Shown here one piece after another: positions 31,131-32,000 of a stretch of DNA of 32,000 bases; within the stretch, counting starts at the first letter, position 1; the number at the start of each line of letters is the position of its first letter. The notes below the pieces were generated by a model that made no database searches, was not told where the DNA came from, and worked only from the letters and a program-made list of their open reading frames with translations. This DNA is from Candidatus Nitrosopumilus koreensis AR1. Lineage in GTDB: Archaea > Thermoproteota > Nitrososphaeria > Nitrososphaerales > Nitrosopumilaceae. Location: NCBI RefSeq assembly GCF_000299365.1, contig NC_018655.1:1440001-1472000 (forward strand), read 5' to 3'. Made by a program: the position numbers and the translations under genes.

Positions 31131-32000
31131 TTAGTTTATCATTTGAATTTGATTTTTAAATTCATTCCAACTTGGTTTTGGATTGCCGTTCTCATCAAAT
31201 AATCCTGCATTACAGACGTAATGGTTTAGTCTCTCAATTACATGCTCACTACTTCCAAAACCAGAACCGCCAATCTCAAGTTTGCTTTCTCCAATATCCT
31301 GTGCTTCAAATGAGCAAGTTCCTTCTGGCTTGTCATATTGTCTATACCAAGTAAAAAACTCCAACTCTGATTCATTTTCTGTATAAAATTCAAAAGATTT
31401 TCCTACAAATTCAGTCTGAGAGTCTTCACTTCCACCAACAAAGTCAGATGTGCTCCAACTAATCTCAAAGATTGCAGCCTTTTTCTCACCTGCCAAATCA
31501 AAAATTTGTTCTAAATCTTCTTTTGCTTGTTGTGGAGTTTTTACCATCTCATTTAGGACATCAACAGGAGAGTAAGAAAATGCTACAAAATCACCAACAT
31601 CTAGATCAGTTACGATATATCTCAAGTTCTTACTCAAAACTTGGTGTAATGCAAATGAATTTCCAATTTTTACATCAGGATGTTTTTCTTTGATTTGGTC
31701 ATACACTCCTGTGAACAGTTCTTTGTAAGCAGGAATGTTTTGTTCATGATATCGGAATTGAGATTCTGTTTGTCCTGCAAGAATCACTGTATCAATAATG
31801 TCATATCGTGATAAAATTGCATCAAGTACGCTAACTACTCTATCTTCTCTAAGAGATTGAATTGGTGGGTTTCCAATCCAACTTGGGAAAGGTCCAAGAG
31901 TTTCTCCGTTAATTATTGAAAAGTAAAGTGTAACTTTGAGATCATTTTTTTTGTTAAAGCTCATCAGTGCATCAGAATATTGCCAATCATATTCCCCACG
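31131..32000 (-). CDS. Hypothetical protein, possibly a glycoside-hydrolase-like TIM barrel. It is 5'-partial because the frame stays open to the window edge.
   Basis: Track ORF 31131-31964. The same frame continues without a stop to base 32000 (..RGEYDWQYSDALMSFNKK..). The GEYDW plus later FEISW (possible catalytic Glu) pattern is only suggestive. There is a 1-nt gap to the nep1 start. Confidence 0.6.
   Translation of the reverse strand, partial: RGEYDWQYSDALMSFNKKNDLKVTLYFSIINGETLGPFPSWIGNPPIQSLREDRVVSVLDAILSRYDIIDTVILAGQTESQFRYHEQNIPAYKELFTGVYDQIKEKHPDVKIGNSFALHQVLSKNLRYIVTDLDVGDFVAFSYSPVDVLNEMVKTPQQAKEDLEQIFDLAGEKKAAIFEISWSTSDFVGGSEDSQTEFVGKSFEFYTENESELEFFTWYRQYDKPEGTCSFEAQDIGESKLEIGGSGFGSSEHVIERLNHYVCNAGLFDENGNPKPSWNEFKNQIQMIN

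Noticed and set aside
1-32000. CRISPR arrays, transposases, integrases, prophage or other mobile-element signatures, rRNA genes, and tRNA-flanked islands.
   Set aside because: I found none. The only repeats are intragenic (6477-6668, 8981-9207, 20740-20811) or short motif arrays. The single tRNA (Gly) sits between conserved housekeeping genes, with no adjacent integrase or direct-repeat att-like copy.

Overview
The window is AT-rich (about one-third G+C by eye) and very gene-dense, with roughly 50 protein genes, one tRNA and about 90% coding sequence. It looks chromosomal, not like a mobile island. The housekeeping genes are clearly archaeal: eS19, RNase P Rpp21, Nep1, TFE, NAC, aTrm56 and GTP cyclohydrolase III. 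The overall repertoire resembles marine ammonia-oxidising Thaumarchaeota (Nitrosopumilus-like), but that taxon assignment is inference only.

Left to right, the window contains:
- a cobalamin late-step cluster (cbiB, a cobQ-like gene, cobD);
- asd, an Lrp/AsnC regulator and heme O synthase;
- a block of lineage-specific hypothetical genes (about 5.1-9.3 kb);
- a thioesterase, a UbiD-family decarboxylase and zinc-finger proteins;
- NAC, a PUA protein, PhoU, HflX, aTrm56 and TFE;
- an aldehyde dehydrogenase, a hemerythrin and a Lys-rich SWIB-like protein;
- a six-gene riboflavin operon;
- a TPR protein, a receiver/RHH/wHTH regulator cluster and a CitE-like lyase plus MDR reductase pair;
- PDCD5, eS19, Rpp21, tRNA-Gly(UCC), Nep1 and a partial TIM-barrel-like gene.

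I found no rRNA, CRISPR array, transposase or integrase.

Main points for follow-up:
1. A deaminase-type amidohydrolase is translationally coupled inside the riboflavin operon. It is a candidate for the unassigned archaeal pyrimidine deaminase step.
2. A CobQ that lacks its glutaminase domain is coupled to cbiB.
3. Three conserved genes (cbiB, lrp, tfe) are each broken at an A-run, and each is repaired by adding one A. This is most likely a systematic homopolymer undercall.
4. A 7-bp tandem duplication splits a DUF3892-like / coiled-coil / zinc-ribbon gene.
5. A shared MAVKKKTT Lys/Thr-rich N-terminal module sits on two otherwise unrelated proteins.

All functional calls come from reading motifs by eye. 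No database search was run.
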